A stretch of 64,000 nucleotides of DNA from an uncultured delta proteobacterium. Lineage in GTDB: Bacteria > Myxococcota_A > Polyangia > Polyangiales > Polyangiaceae. The notes under the pieces are model-generated. The model had not been told where the DNA came from. It saw only the letters and a program-made list of their open reading frames with translations, and did not search any database. The translations under genes were made by a program, and so were the position numbers. The stretch is taken from the NCBI GenBank assembly GCA_963850305.1, contig CAWKKR010000004.1:192001-256000 (forward strand), in the 5' to 3' direction. This document shows, in pieces, positions 40,040-51,044 of the stretch (positions are counted from its first letter, which is position 1; every line of letters begins with the position of its first letter).

Positions 40040-40813
40040 ATGCGAAACTTGATCATTGCTGCGGTCTGCGCCGCGGTCGTCGCGTGCACGGCTGGTTCGG
40101 CCCAGGACAAGTCGGCGCCGAACGACGAGGACGCTGGAGGCAGCGTCACGGGTAATCCGAACAGCGCGACGTTCGACGCCGGCGGCTCGTCTGCCGGCGT
40201 GGGGGGCACATTCGCAAATGGCGCAGGGGGTGCAACGGTCGAGGAAGCGAGCGCCGACGCGGGAACCACAAGGGTCGCGACGCATCCGACCGCCGACCGC
40301 GGAGGCGCACTGGACGGGCTCGCGCCGCGCCCCGCCACGAAGAACGTCGTAGCCTGTGCAGAGGGGAAGTCGTGCACGACGTCGCAGGTGTGTTGTTATA
40401 CGGCAGCAACGACTTTCCCCCCGCCCGGCACCACGAGCCAGTACACCTGCTCGGACAAGCCGTGCACCGGGGGCGATGTCTCGGTTTCTTGCGATGGCGA
40501 CGAGGACTGCAAGAGCGGGCAGCGCTGCTGTCGCGTGGACGCCGCCAGCGGTTTGCTGTCTACGTCGACCAGCTACACGTGCCGCGCAGCGTGTGAGGCC
40601 GCCACGGTTGGTTGCTCGGGACCGGAGAACTGCCCTGACGGCACGGTCTGCTGTGAAACGGTTCTCGGTCTCACAGCCAGCAAGACGGAGTGCGCGACGA
40701 CGTGCGAGGGCACGGGGCTCTACATCATGTGCGAGACCGACGTGGACTGCCCGGCGGACGCGCCGACGTGCATCGATTCGACGGCCCTGCCGGGCCTACA
40801 TCGTTGCGATTGA
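40040..40813 (+). CDS. Cys-rich lipoprotein
   Basis: Lipobox VVAC, Gly/Ala linker, repeats CDGDEDC..CC, CSGPENC..CC, CETDVDC. Confidence 0.8.
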   Translation: MRNLIIAAVCAAVVACTAGSAQDKSAPNDEDAGGSVTGNPNSATFDAGGSSAGVGGTFANGAGGATVEEASADAGTTRVATHPTADRGGALDGLAPRPATKNVVACAEGKSCTTSQVCCYTAATTFPPPGTTSQYTCSDKPCTGGDVSVSCDGDEDCKSGQRCCRVDAASGLLSTSTSYTCRAACEAATVGCSGPENCPDGTVCCETVLGLTASKTECATTCEGTGLYIMCETDVDCPADAPTCIDSTALPGLHRCD

Positions 40814-40854
40814 ATCACGAAGCGGCACCTTCGCGTGCCCGCAGATCGAAGAGC

Positions 40855-41824
40855 CTACCATCTGACCGTAACGGTCGGCGGTTGGCACTCGCCTTCCGCA
40901 TTCGCGAGCTCGACGCGAGCCTTGAGCGTCGTCGAGCCGTGGGGCTCGGTCTTCAGAATCGATACCTGCACTCGCGAGATCGACCCGGGGAACGACCTGT
41001 TCCGCTCGGAGCTCGGCCACGGCCTCGGGGACGCCCGTCACGGTGACGTCCACGGCCGAGGGGATCGCGCGGGCATGCGGAACGCCGACGACCTCGACCG
41101 GCCTTCGCTCGAACCTTGCCTCCGTTTCGCGTCGAACGACAATCACGGTCACCATCGCCGATTTCGAGCCGAGAAATCGAACCCGCGGCGGAGGCTCGTC
41201 GATCGCGAGGCGCCTCCGATACACGCCCTCCGTCAGCCCGGTGACATCGAAGGCGGCGAGGCGCGCGAACTGCAGGACCTCGACGAGACTAGACGGGCCC
41301 TTCACGTCGATCTCCTTGGGATCGACCTGCAGGGTGTCGCGGATCTCGTACCCCTTCGCGGGTTGTCCGGCCCGAGATGCCTGGATCGGCAGCGTGCGCG
41401 TGACGACGTCCTGCCACTCCAGGTTGATGCTCGGCGGGTCGACGAATTTCACTTCGACGTCGGGCGGCAGTGAGAACAGGCTCTTGTCGAACACGACATT
41501 GTCGCTCGTCCCGTCGCGCAGATCGAGCTCCACGGGCGATACGCCGATCTGGATCAGCCGATCGATGGCACGAGTCGTGCCCACGACGGTGACGTCCACG
41601 TTGGCGGGCATCGGTGTCATCAGTTCACGACGCGCTCGGTCCTGGGGGAGGCGCAGAACGACGCCGACCGGGATCGTGCGTTGCGTCCGATCGAGCTGCC
41701 CGCGCGTATAAGCCGAAAGCCCGAGTGCCACGACCAACGAAAGCGCCTTTAGCCCGACATTCTCGGTGAACGCGTCGTGAACGAAAGCGCTCACCGCTTT
41801 GAAGAACCGCTCGATCTCCATCAC
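40855..41824 (-). CDS. cdaR: YbbR/CdaR diadenylate cyclase regulator; +1 frameshift at ~40957
   Basis: ENVGLKALSLVVAL TM, YbbR repeats (VDVTVVG, GQPAKGY, VDPKEIDVKGP); removing one base gives the natural end LKTEPHG...PPTVTVRW* at 40855. Confidence 0.82.
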
Positions 41825-43074
41825 GCGCCACCATCGTTCGAGTCAGGAGCACGGCCGTCGTCTTCGGATGGGGTCGCTCTGGCCTCCTGGGTAGCAGGGC
41901 GCGCCGCACGCGGTCCGGAGGGTGCCCGCATCGGCGTCGTGAGCGGCGCCAGGCGCTGGACGCTCCCCGCCCCGGGGATCACGATTGATTGCGCGTCGGG
42001 CTCACTCTTGTCCTTGTCCGGTTTCGCGCGGCGCAATGGCGCAGGAGGCTGACTCGGCGGGCGTTCGCGTTCGCCCTCGGTTTCGGCCGTGCGGATCCGT
42101 GTCGTCGGCGTCTCGCCGTGATCACTTGGCACCGAGACGAGCGTCGAGTCTTCCGCAGGCTCCGCCTGGCGCAATGGTTCCGCGCGCGACCGGGGCGATT
42201 CGGGCGCTCGGATCACGAGCACCTGCTCGGCGGCGAGGCGGTGAGAAACCGGTTCCCGCTTGGCGGACGTCTTCTGGCGTCGGCGTCGCGGAGCGAACAC
42301 GCCCTCGAGCGCGCGCCTCAGCCCGGGGCCGTCGAGATTGCCGACGATGTTCCCGTTGAAACAGAAGCTTATCGTTCCTCGTTCTTCGCTGACGACCACG
42401 ACGACCGCATCCGTCTCTTCGGTGATTCCGAGAGCGGCTCGGTGACGGGAGCCGAAGCTTGCGTCTAGGACGCGACCCTCCGGCATCGGAAAGAACACGC
42501 CGGCCTTCGCGATGCGAAGATCTCGAATGATGACCGCACCGTCGTGGAGCTTGTTCACCCCCTCAGGGACGAAGATGGAAACAAGAAGCTCACTCGAAAC
42601 GGCGGCGTCCAGCGAGTGACCCTTGTTGAGGCCGACGAACTCGTCCAGGTTCGCGTCCTGCTCGAACGCGATAATGGCGCCCATACGGTGACGCGCGAGT
42701 TCCGTCGATGCCTCGACGACCTCGTCGATGGCCTGGGATTCTCTCGCACGTGCGATGCCGAACCAGGGTTGACTCCCCATGCGCATCAGGCCCCGCCGGA
42801 TGTCGTTCTGGAAGACGACCACGAGGATCAGGATGACCGCGCCGGGGATCAGCGCACCGAGAACGCTGAGCAACGTGACAAAGTGAAGTTGATACGCGAC
42901 CAGATAAAGCGCGAACACGAACAGGAGACCGATGCCGATTTGCATGGCTCTGGTGCCACGAAGGACGAGGAGCGCGCGATAGACGAGATAATAGACGATC
43001 GCGACATCTACGAAGTCGCGTGCGATATCGACGAACGGGTGGCTCGCGAAGTAATCGAGGACGCTACCGAACAT
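41821..43074 (-). CDS. cdaA: Membrane diadenylate cyclase with a long low-complexity C-tail
   Basis: Three TM segments, VFQNDIRRGL, LHDGAVII (DGA), GSRHRAALG (RHR), VVSEERG. Confidence 0.93.
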   Translation of the reverse strand: MFGSVLDYFASHPFVDIARDFVDVAIVYYLVYRALLVLRGTRAMQIGIGLLFVFALYLVAYQLHFVTLLSVLGALIPGAVILILVVVFQNDIRRGLMRMGSQPWFGIARARESQAIDEVVEASTELARHRMGAIIAFEQDANLDEFVGLNKGHSLDAAVSSELLVSIFVPEGVNKLHDGAVIIRDLRIAKAGVFFPMPEGRVLDASFGSRHRAALGITEETDAVVVVVSEERGTISFCFNGNIVGNLDGPGLRRALEGVFAPRRRRQKTSAKREPVSHRLAAEQVLVIRAPESPRSRAEPLRQAEPAEDSTLVSVPSDHGETPTTRIRTAETEGERERPPSQPPAPLRRAKPDKDKSEPDAQSIVIPGAGSVQRLAPLTTPMRAPSGPRAARPATQEARATPSEDDGRAPDSNDGGA

Positions 43075-43936
43075 GCGCGGCCTCCGTCAGGCTTCGAGGC
43101 TCCCGCGCGGCCTTGCGTACCGAGAGAGCCTGGCGCACTTCGCGAACGTCGTGCACGCGGAGGACGCGAGCCCCCTGATCCACCGCCGCGAGACACGCGG
43201 CGATGGTGCCACCGAGTCGGTCCTCGGCCGGAGCAGGATCCACGGCGGCAATGAAGGATTTGCGACCGGGTCCGACGACGATCGGGGCGTCCGACGCGAG
43301 CTCGTCGAGCCGGCCCAGCAACTCGAACGACTGGCGCGCATTCTTCGAAAACCCAAACCCCGGGTCGAACCAGATCCGGTCGGGGCGCATGCCCCTAGAC
43401 ACGGCCCGTTCGCGCGCCCTCGACAACTCCGCCCGGACGTCGGCGACCACGTCACCGTAGTCTCGATCAGGCCACGCGGAGAAACCGCTCATGGTCGACA
43501 TCGGGCCGCGTGAATGACAGACGACCAAGATGGCGTCGTGACGCGCCGCGATCGCCGCGACCTCTTCGTTTCGAAGGCACGATACGTCGTTCACGATCTT
43601 CGCACCGCGTCGCAGCGCAAATTCTGCGACCTCGGGATCCGTCGTGTCGATCGACACCGCCGCGCCCCGTCCCACCCCCCGGTCGAGCGCGGGCTGAGCG
43701 CGACGGATCTGCTCGGCTGTGGACACTTCGACCGCGCCCGGCCGACTCGACTCGGCGCCCACGTCGGCGATGGTGGCGCCTGCGTCGAGCACCGCGTCGA
43801 CCCGAGCCGCCGCCTCCGCCGGGTCGAGATAGCGCCCACCGTCGAAAAATGAGTCCGGCGTGACGTTCACGACGCCCATGATGGCCGCGCCCTGGGTGCG
43901 CACCGCCGCCTCGATGATTGCATAGAGCTCCGCCAA
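43064..43936 (-). CDS. folP: Dihydropteroate synthase
   Basis: MGVVNVTPDSFFDGG, DVGAESSRPG, SIDT, NDVS, DPGFGFSK, RVHDV. Confidence 0.95.
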   Translation of the reverse strand: MAELYAIIEAAVRTQGAAIMGVVNVTPDSFFDGGRYLDPAEAAARVDAVLDAGATIADVGAESSRPGAVEVSTAEQIRRAQPALDRGVGRGAAVSIDTTDPEVAEFALRRGAKIVNDVSCLRNEEVAAIAARHDAILVVCHSRGPMSTMSGFSAWPDRDYGDVVADVRAELSRARERAVSRGMRPDRIWFDPGFGFSKNARQSFELLGRLDELASDAPIVVGPGRKSFIAAVDPAPAEDRLGGTIAACLAAVDQGARVLRVHDVREVRQALSVRKAAREPRSLTEAAHVR

Positions 43937-44197
43937 TCCGCTCCTTCGACGAGATCCCCGCCCGCCGGAGTCACGCGCGCACGCGCACCACGGGTCGCCC
44001 CGGAGCGCTGAGCGCCGACGCGATTCGAGCAGGGGGCCGTCCTCCCAGCGCTAGCAAGAGCCGGGCCGTTAAGCAAAGGTTTCTGTCCGCTTTTCGCAGA
44101 CCCGGGGCCCTAGCTGACGCGCGGCGTTGCCGCGGGCGAGCCTGCCGGGCTACGTTGTACGCGCGGGAGCGCCGGCTCCGCCTACTTTTGAAGAGCA

Positions 44198-45928
44198 ATG
44201 CTGCGGACCCGCGTGAGAGCTGGGCCGATCGCAGGGCTCATTCTGAGCCTCGTGGCGGCTGTCATCCTGACACTGGTGCAAGCCGGCGATCTCCTCCTGA
44301 GCGGGTTCACGCCGACCTTCGATGAGCCAGTGCGAACCGCTTTGCGCATTCCCTACGGGCCGCGCATCGTCAGAGATTGGTCGAGCGGGCATGCGGAAAT
44401 GCGACTCGAGAATTTCCGCGTGGTCGTCCCCCCGGGCACGATCCTCTCGCCCACGCGCGAGGATCATCGCGCCGCATACCTGTACGAAAGGGTGCGACGC
44501 CCGACCTGGGAACGGCTGGGCGGGCTCTTCGTCATCGATTTCACGCTCGTGATGGCGCTGACGGCGTATCTGCGGAAGTTCGGGCAGGCCCGACTGCGGC
44601 TGGCGCGCAGCCAGGTCGGCGTGCTGCTCACGATGGGGCTCATCGCCATCGCCGCCAAGCTGCTGCTCGCGTTCACGGCCCTACCGGAATATTGGATTCC
44701 ACTGGCAGCCGCGCCGCTCTGGGTGTCGACGGCCTTCGACCGGCGGACAGGCGTCGTGTTGACAATCGTCCTCGCCTTCATAGTTGCGTCGTTCCTGAGG
44801 TTCGACCTGCTGCTCCTCACGACGATGACTGCCCAGGGGCTAGCCGCGACGCTCACGCTGTTCGACCGGAAGCGTTCGCGACATCTGCTCGTATCGGGGC
44901 TCGTGAGCGGCGCCAGCGCTGCGGCCGTGCTCGTCGCCGTCACGGCCGTCATCGAGGGGAACTTCGAGGTGCGTGCCGACCTCTCGCACCTGTCCGATTC
45001 GCGACTCGTCGCGTGCTTGGGAGGGGGGGCTGCGGCGGGCGTCATCGCCGCCGTGTTCCGAAGCTGGGTCCAGCGCCTGCTCGGTCACGTATCACGCGAA
45101 CGGCTCCTGGATCTCACGGACCTCGAGCAGCCGCTCTTGAAGAAGATGGCCCGGGAGGCCCCGGGTTCGTGGGAACACTCGCGCGCGATGGCCAATCTCG
45201 CGGAAGGCGCGTCAAGCGCCATCAAGGCGGACGCGCTCCTGACTCGGGTGGGCGCCTACTACCACGACCTCGGAAAGACCACGCAGCCGAAGTACTTCGT
45301 GGAAAATCTCGGTCCTAACGAAGCATCACCTCACGACGCGCTCGACCCCGAAGTGAGCGCGGACGCCATCATGTCGCACGTCGTCGTCGGCGCGAAGATT
45401 CTCCGTGAGGGCGGCATTCCGGAACCGGTCGTCGAATTCTGCTACACGCACCATGGCACGCAGCTCGTCGAATATTTTTACAACAAGTGCAACGAGCAAG
45501 GCAATCCGAAGCATCTGCGCGAGTCGCATTTTCGCTATCCCGGGATGAAGCCCCAGACGAAGGAGACTGCCATCCTGATGCTGGTAGATTCGATCGAAGC
45601 CGCCTCGCGGACCATCGATCCACCAGAGCGTGACCGATTCGAGACGATGATCCAGCGCATCATCTTCACGAAACTGAAGAGCGGTCAGCTCGACGATTGC
45701 GCACTGACCATCGAAGACCTCCGAACGCTCGTCACGCGGATGGCGGAAACGCTCGTGAACATGAACCACCATCGCATCAAGTATCAATGGCAGGCGAAGC
45801 AAGCCGAGGAATTCGGGGTTCCTCTTCAGGTTGCGCGCGCCGGCGACTCGATTTCGCCTCCGCCGTCATCGGCGACTCCCCCCGTCGTTATTCCTTCGCA
45901 CGGGCCGTCGACGCCCCCGAGCAAGTGA
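44198..45928 (+). CDS. 7TM-HD (HDIG) phosphohydrolase, PgpH-like
   Basis: Multiple TM helices, then EAPGSWEHS, GAYYHDLGK..PKYFVEN, SHV, HHGT, FRYPG.KPQTKE, D.IEAASR, H.RIKY. Confidence 0.88.
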   Translation: MLRTRVRAGPIAGLILSLVAAVILTLVQAGDLLLSGFTPTFDEPVRTALRIPYGPRIVRDWSSGHAEMRLENFRVVVPPGTILSPTREDHRAAYLYERVRRPTWERLGGLFVIDFTLVMALTAYLRKFGQARLRLARSQVGVLLTMGLIAIAAKLLLAFTALPEYWIPLAAAPLWVSTAFDRRTGVVLTIVLAFIVASFLRFDLLLLTTMTAQGLAATLTLFDRKRSRHLLVSGLVSGASAAAVLVAVTAVIEGNFEVRADLSHLSDSRLVACLGGGAAAGVIAAVFRSWVQRLLGHVSRERLLDLTDLEQPLLKKMAREAPGSWEHSRAMANLAEGASSAIKADALLTRVGAYYHDLGKTTQPKYFVENLGPNEASPHDALDPEVSADAIMSHVVVGAKILREGGIPEPVVEFCYTHHGTQLVEYFYNKCNEQGNPKHLRESHFRYPGMKPQTKETAILMLVDSIEAASRTIDPPERDRFETMIQRIIFTKLKSGQLDDCALTIEDLRTLVTRMAETLVNMNHHRIKYQWQAKQAEEFGVPLQVARAGDSISPPPSSATPPVVIPSHGPSTPPSK

Positions 45929-45931
45929 CGG

Positions 45932-47293
45932 ATGTGGCCATATCCGAGTCCCCGCGCGACGTTTCGTGAGCGATGCGAACGGCTCGATCGCCGACTCCCC
46001 GGGCCGAAGCTCTTCGCATCCGGGTTCTCACGGCCCAGAAACTTCGCTCACAACCCATATCCGTTTCGCGCAGAAAGCCACTTCCTCTATTTCGTCGGCG
46101 TGGCGCTCGAGGGCGCGGCGCTCCTCGTCGACGGGGACGACACCGCGGTTTACGTCGACCCGCCAAATCCGGACGATGCCCTGTGGTTCGGCCCGCGACC
46201 TCGGCTCGATGAACTGGCACGAACTCTCGAAATGGACGTGCGGCCACTCGACGAGCTTTCGCCCGGCGAGGGAGCTGCGCTATTGCCGCCGCAGGATCCC
46301 GAGACGGCATTCTTCTTGTCGGATCTGGTCGGACGCGACGTCGAATCCTGCGGCGGGGACGTTCTCGATGGGCTCGACGCGGCGCTCGCCGACGCCGTCA
46401 TCGCGCTTCGTCTGCTCAACGACGACGCCGCCGTGGCACAACTCCGGCTCGCCGCCGAAGCGACGCAGGCGGCGCACCGCGCGGGCCGCGACGCGACGCG
46501 ACCCGGCGTTCGCGAGGCCTCGGTTCGAGCGGCCATGGAACACGCGATCGTCGCGCGCGGCATGACGACCGCGTATGCTCCCATCGTCACCGTCCGGGGC
46601 GAGATCCTCCACGCAAACCAGTACCATCGCGAGCTTCGGGGCGGCGACCTGTTGCTCGCGGACGTCGGAGCCGAGACGCCGGAAGGCTGGGCTGGAGACG
46701 TGACGCGCGTCTGGCCGGTCTCGGGACGCTTCTCGACGACGCAGCGCGAACTCTACGAGGTCGTTCTCGGCGCACAGGAAGCGGCCATTCGCACGGTACG
46801 TTCCGGGGTGCGGTATCGCGACGTTCATCGAGTCGCCGGACTCGAGCTCGCGCGAGGGCTGGTCGCGCTCGGCATTCTGCGCGGCATTCCCGAGGAACTT
46901 CACGACAGCGGCGCCGCGGCACTCTTTTTTCCGCACGGCGTGGGCCACCTGCTCGGACTAGACGTTCACGACATGGAAGATCTCGGGGACCGGGCCGGGT
47001 ATGCGCCCGGACGCGCGCGTGCGATGGGTCCTGCCGAACGCTATTTGCGGCTGGATCGGGATCTGGAGCCTGGCATGTGCGTCACCATCGAGCCGGGCTT
47101 TTACCGGATACCATCGATCCTCGACGACCCGCTCGCGCCGTCGGCGTTGAAGGACGTGATCGATGCTCCCACACTGGCGAAGTTCGCCGACGTAAGGGGC
47201 ATCCGGATCGAGGATGACGTACTCGTCACGACCGGAGGCGCGGAAGTGCTCACCCGGGAGATCCCGAAGCGCGTTGCCGACGTGGAGCGCTAA
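45932..47293 (+). CDS. pepP: Xaa-Pro aminopeptidase (M24)
   Basis: FRAESHFLYF, LLADVG, GDVTR, HGVGHLLGLDVHD, TIEPG, GIRIEDD. Confidence 0.9.
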   Translation: MWPYPSPRATFRERCERLDRRLPGPKLFASGFSRPRNFAHNPYPFRAESHFLYFVGVALEGAALLVDGDDTAVYVDPPNPDDALWFGPRPRLDELARTLEMDVRPLDELSPGEGAALLPPQDPETAFFLSDLVGRDVESCGGDVLDGLDAALADAVIALRLLNDDAAVAQLRLAAEATQAAHRAGRDATRPGVREASVRAAMEHAIVARGMTTAYAPIVTVRGEILHANQYHRELRGGDLLLADVGAETPEGWAGDVTRVWPVSGRFSTTQRELYEVVLGAQEAAIRTVRSGVRYRDVHRVAGLELARGLVALGILRGIPEELHDSGAAALFFPHGVGHLLGLDVHDMEDLGDRAGYAPGRARAMGPAERYLRLDRDLEPGMCVTIEPGFYRIPSILDDPLAPSALKDVIDAPTLAKFADVRGIRIEDDVLVTTGGAEVLTREIPKRVADVER

Positions 47294-47307
47294 CCCGGAG
47301 ATCGCCG

Positions 47308-48534
47308 CTACGCTCGCGCGAGACCTTCGACTCTGGCTTCGGCCTCGAGCACTTGCTGTGTCCACTCCGGCGGCACCGGCGTCACGAGGTCGACCAGCAC
47401 GCTCGCCAGCGCGCCGGCCGCGAGCGCGTCACGTGCCTCGCTCGAACCCGTGAGCAGATCGATCGCGGGAGCCCGGGTCTCGAACTCGTAGGGCGAGGTA
47501 CGGAGTGCAAAGTCTTCCGGAGCCTGCGCGCGCGCGAGCGCAAGAAGCGTCAGATACGTCGTCACGGGACGGAAGCGGGTCGGGTCGGTCACGTGCAACA
47601 TCACTCCCCGACAGACCTCCCCAACATGCTTTTCGAACGTCGGACGAAACGCGACCGGTCGCACGAGAACGCCCGGCAACCCCGCGTCGAGCAGCGACTG
47701 CGCCAGCTCCGGTCCGCGAAGAAACGGCGCGCCGACCAGCTGAAACGGCGCCGTCGTTCCGCGTCCTTCGGACAAATTCGTGGCCTCCACGAGGCAGGCG
47801 CCGGGATAAACCAGCGCCGTCTCGGGCGTCGGCATGTTCGGAGAGGGCATGATGAACGGCCGATCCCATGCGAGTGCGGTGCGACATCGCTCCCAGCCGA
47901 GCACCGAGACGACGGACAGAGCACCGTCCTGCCCGAGGGCCTGCGCGTCACGCGCGAAGAACATCGCGAGAATCTCTCCGATGGTCATCGAATGCCGGAT
48001 CGGGAGCGGCTCGAGCCCGACGAATGACAACAGCCCCTCGCTCTGCGGCTTTCCCTCGAGCAAGGAGGGATCGCCGGAGATCGGATTCGGTCGATCCAGC
48101 ACTACCGTGTGCACTCCCGCCGCCGCTGCGGCACGAGCGCTCAGCAGCGCCGTCCAGACGTACGTGTAGTAGCGGCTCCCGACGTCGGCGAGGTCGATGA
48201 GGAGCGTGGAAATGCCCTCGAGCTGCGCCCGCGTCGGTGCGAGGGAATCGAACGTCTTTCCGTACAGACTGACGATCGGTGCGCCCGTCGGACCGTCGGG
48301 CGTGACCTCCGGCGACGGAACGGCTTCTTCCGCCTGCGCGACCGCCTCGAAGCCGTGCTCCGGCGTGAAGACGACGCGCGGCACGATCCCCAGTTCTTCG
48401 AGCACCACCAGCAGGTGACGACCGCGACGATCGACCGCGGCCGCGTGCGTGAGGACGGCAACATCGGCGCCGCGTAGCCGGCGTCGGAGGTTCGATAGCT
48501 GGCCGCCCGAGAGCCGATCAATTCCCCAGAGCAT
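47308..48534 (-). CDS. Exo-beta-N-acetylmuramidase NamZ (DUF1343) family
   Basis: FTPEHG, SLYG, DVGSRYYTY, VLDRPNP, RHSMTIGE, PSPNMP, SEGRGT. Confidence 0.9.
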   Translation of the reverse strand: MLWGIDRLSGGQLSNLRRRLRGADVAVLTHAAAVDRRGRHLLVVLEELGIVPRVVFTPEHGFEAVAQAEEAVPSPEVTPDGPTGAPIVSLYGKTFDSLAPTRAQLEGISTLLIDLADVGSRYYTYVWTALLSARAAAAAGVHTVVLDRPNPISGDPSLLEGKPQSEGLLSFVGLEPLPIRHSMTIGEILAMFFARDAQALGQDGALSVVSVLGWERCRTALAWDRPFIMPSPNMPTPETALVYPGACLVEATNLSEGRGTTAPFQLVGAPFLRGPELAQSLLDAGLPGVLVRPVAFRPTFEKHVGEVCRGVMLHVTDPTRFRPVTTYLTLLALARAQAPEDFALRTSPYEFETRAPAIDLLTGSSEARDALAAGALASVLVDLVTPVPPEWTQQVLEAEARVEGLARA

Positions 48535-48639
48535 CGAATAATCCTTTTCTTATCGAATGGTTATACAACAGTAGCTGGGTGAAGCGCACTACGCAAGTCG
48601 TTGCGATTGGGCCAGTGCTCGGTTAGCATTTTTTGCACA

Positions 48640-50004
<1,365 letters not shown>

Positions 50005-50169
50005 GCTCTCCCGGCGACGGCGTCGAGTTCCTCGACCTGCAGGGCGGTGCGGACTTCCAGGTGATCTGGCCGATCGAATCACGCTGCAACCTTACCGTGT
50101 AAGAGCGATTCGCGGCCGTCCTTTCCGCCCGGCTGGAAAGCACTGCGCAAAGAGCTATACGATGAGGCC

Positions 50170-50706
50170 ATGAAATGCGCGCTCACGGGAATGCTGGTGC
50201 TCGCCATCGCGGGATGCGGCCCCTCTTACGGTGGCCAAGACGTGAAGACTCCGGATCAGATCGTCGACGAACAGGAGCAGATCGCGGCACAGGAGGAGAA
50301 GGCGAACAAGGCGCGTGGTGACGACGACGCGGCCTACGAGAACCAGGAGACCGACTCGGAGAAGAAGCGCGAGTTCGACAAGAAGCAGGTCAAGATGGAA
50401 CTGGAACGCGCCACTCGGTCGGCCGAAAGCTGCCCGGGCGTCGTTGCCGGGGAAGAAACCAAGGAAAACCGCCAGCGCGGCGACACACGAGTCACCGTCA
50501 CGTTCCAAGAAGACGGCACGGTGAAGAGCGCGGAAGTCCCCTCGCCTTTCGACGGTACCCCCGTGGGCGACTGCGTTCTGCGAGCCTACAAGGCCGTCAT
50601 CGTACCCCCCTTCAGCGGCGGGGATCAGATCGTGGACTGGGATCTCACGCTGAAGGATCAGCCCGGCGACGACAGCGGCGCCCAGAACAAGAAGAAGAAG
50701 AACTGA
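50170..50706 (+). CDS. Lipoprotein with a TonB-C/AgmX-like C-terminal domain
   Basis: Lipobox IAGC; VTVTFQEDGTV..PFDGTPVGDCV..VPPFSG. Confidence 0.65.
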   Translation: MKCALTGMLVLAIAGCGPSYGGQDVKTPDQIVDEQEQIAAQEEKANKARGDDDAAYENQETDSEKKREFDKKQVKMELERATRSAESCPGVVAGEETKENRQRGDTRVTVTFQEDGTVKSAEVPSPFDGTPVGDCVLRAYKAVIVPPFSGGDQIVDWDLTLKDQPGDDSGAQNKKKKN

Positions 50707-50806
50707 TCTCCGTCGCGCGAGGCATTGCTCGCGTCCGCGGGGGATCGAGATTTTGTTTTTGCGACTTTGTGGAACACGCGAGGGAAGGTAAAACCGTCGT
50801 CCCGCG

Positions 50807-51010
50807 ATGGATCCGTCCGAAGTCCAGACCGCCCTCGAGGCCGCCAACGTCGCGCTCTCGGGCCGGCGCCGGCGCGAAGCGAGCAGCTTCGCGTCGGTCG
50901 AACTCAGGACTCCCGACCCGGAGCGCGGGACGAGTCATTGGGAAGTCTTGCTGTCGACGGCGCTCGGGCTACTGACGGTGGTCGCGCTCCTCGTGCTCTG
51001 GTTTTACTGA
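50807..51010 (+). CDS. Small protein with C-terminal TM helix
   Basis: 67 aa, fills the intergenic gap, hydrophobic C-terminus. Confidence 0.45.
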   Translation: MDPSEVQTALEAANVALSGRRRREASSFASVELRTPDPERGTSHWEVLLSTALGLLTVVALLVLWFY

Positions 51011-51044
51011 GCCGAGGCGTCGCGCCCGCGCGAAAGCCTGGAGG

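Noticed and set aside
43937..44197. c-di-AMP (ydaO) or c-di-GMP riboswitch in the folP/HD gap
   Set aside because: Only a GTCTGC-GAAAA-GCGGAC hairpin on the minus strand; conserved riboswitch motifs are not seen
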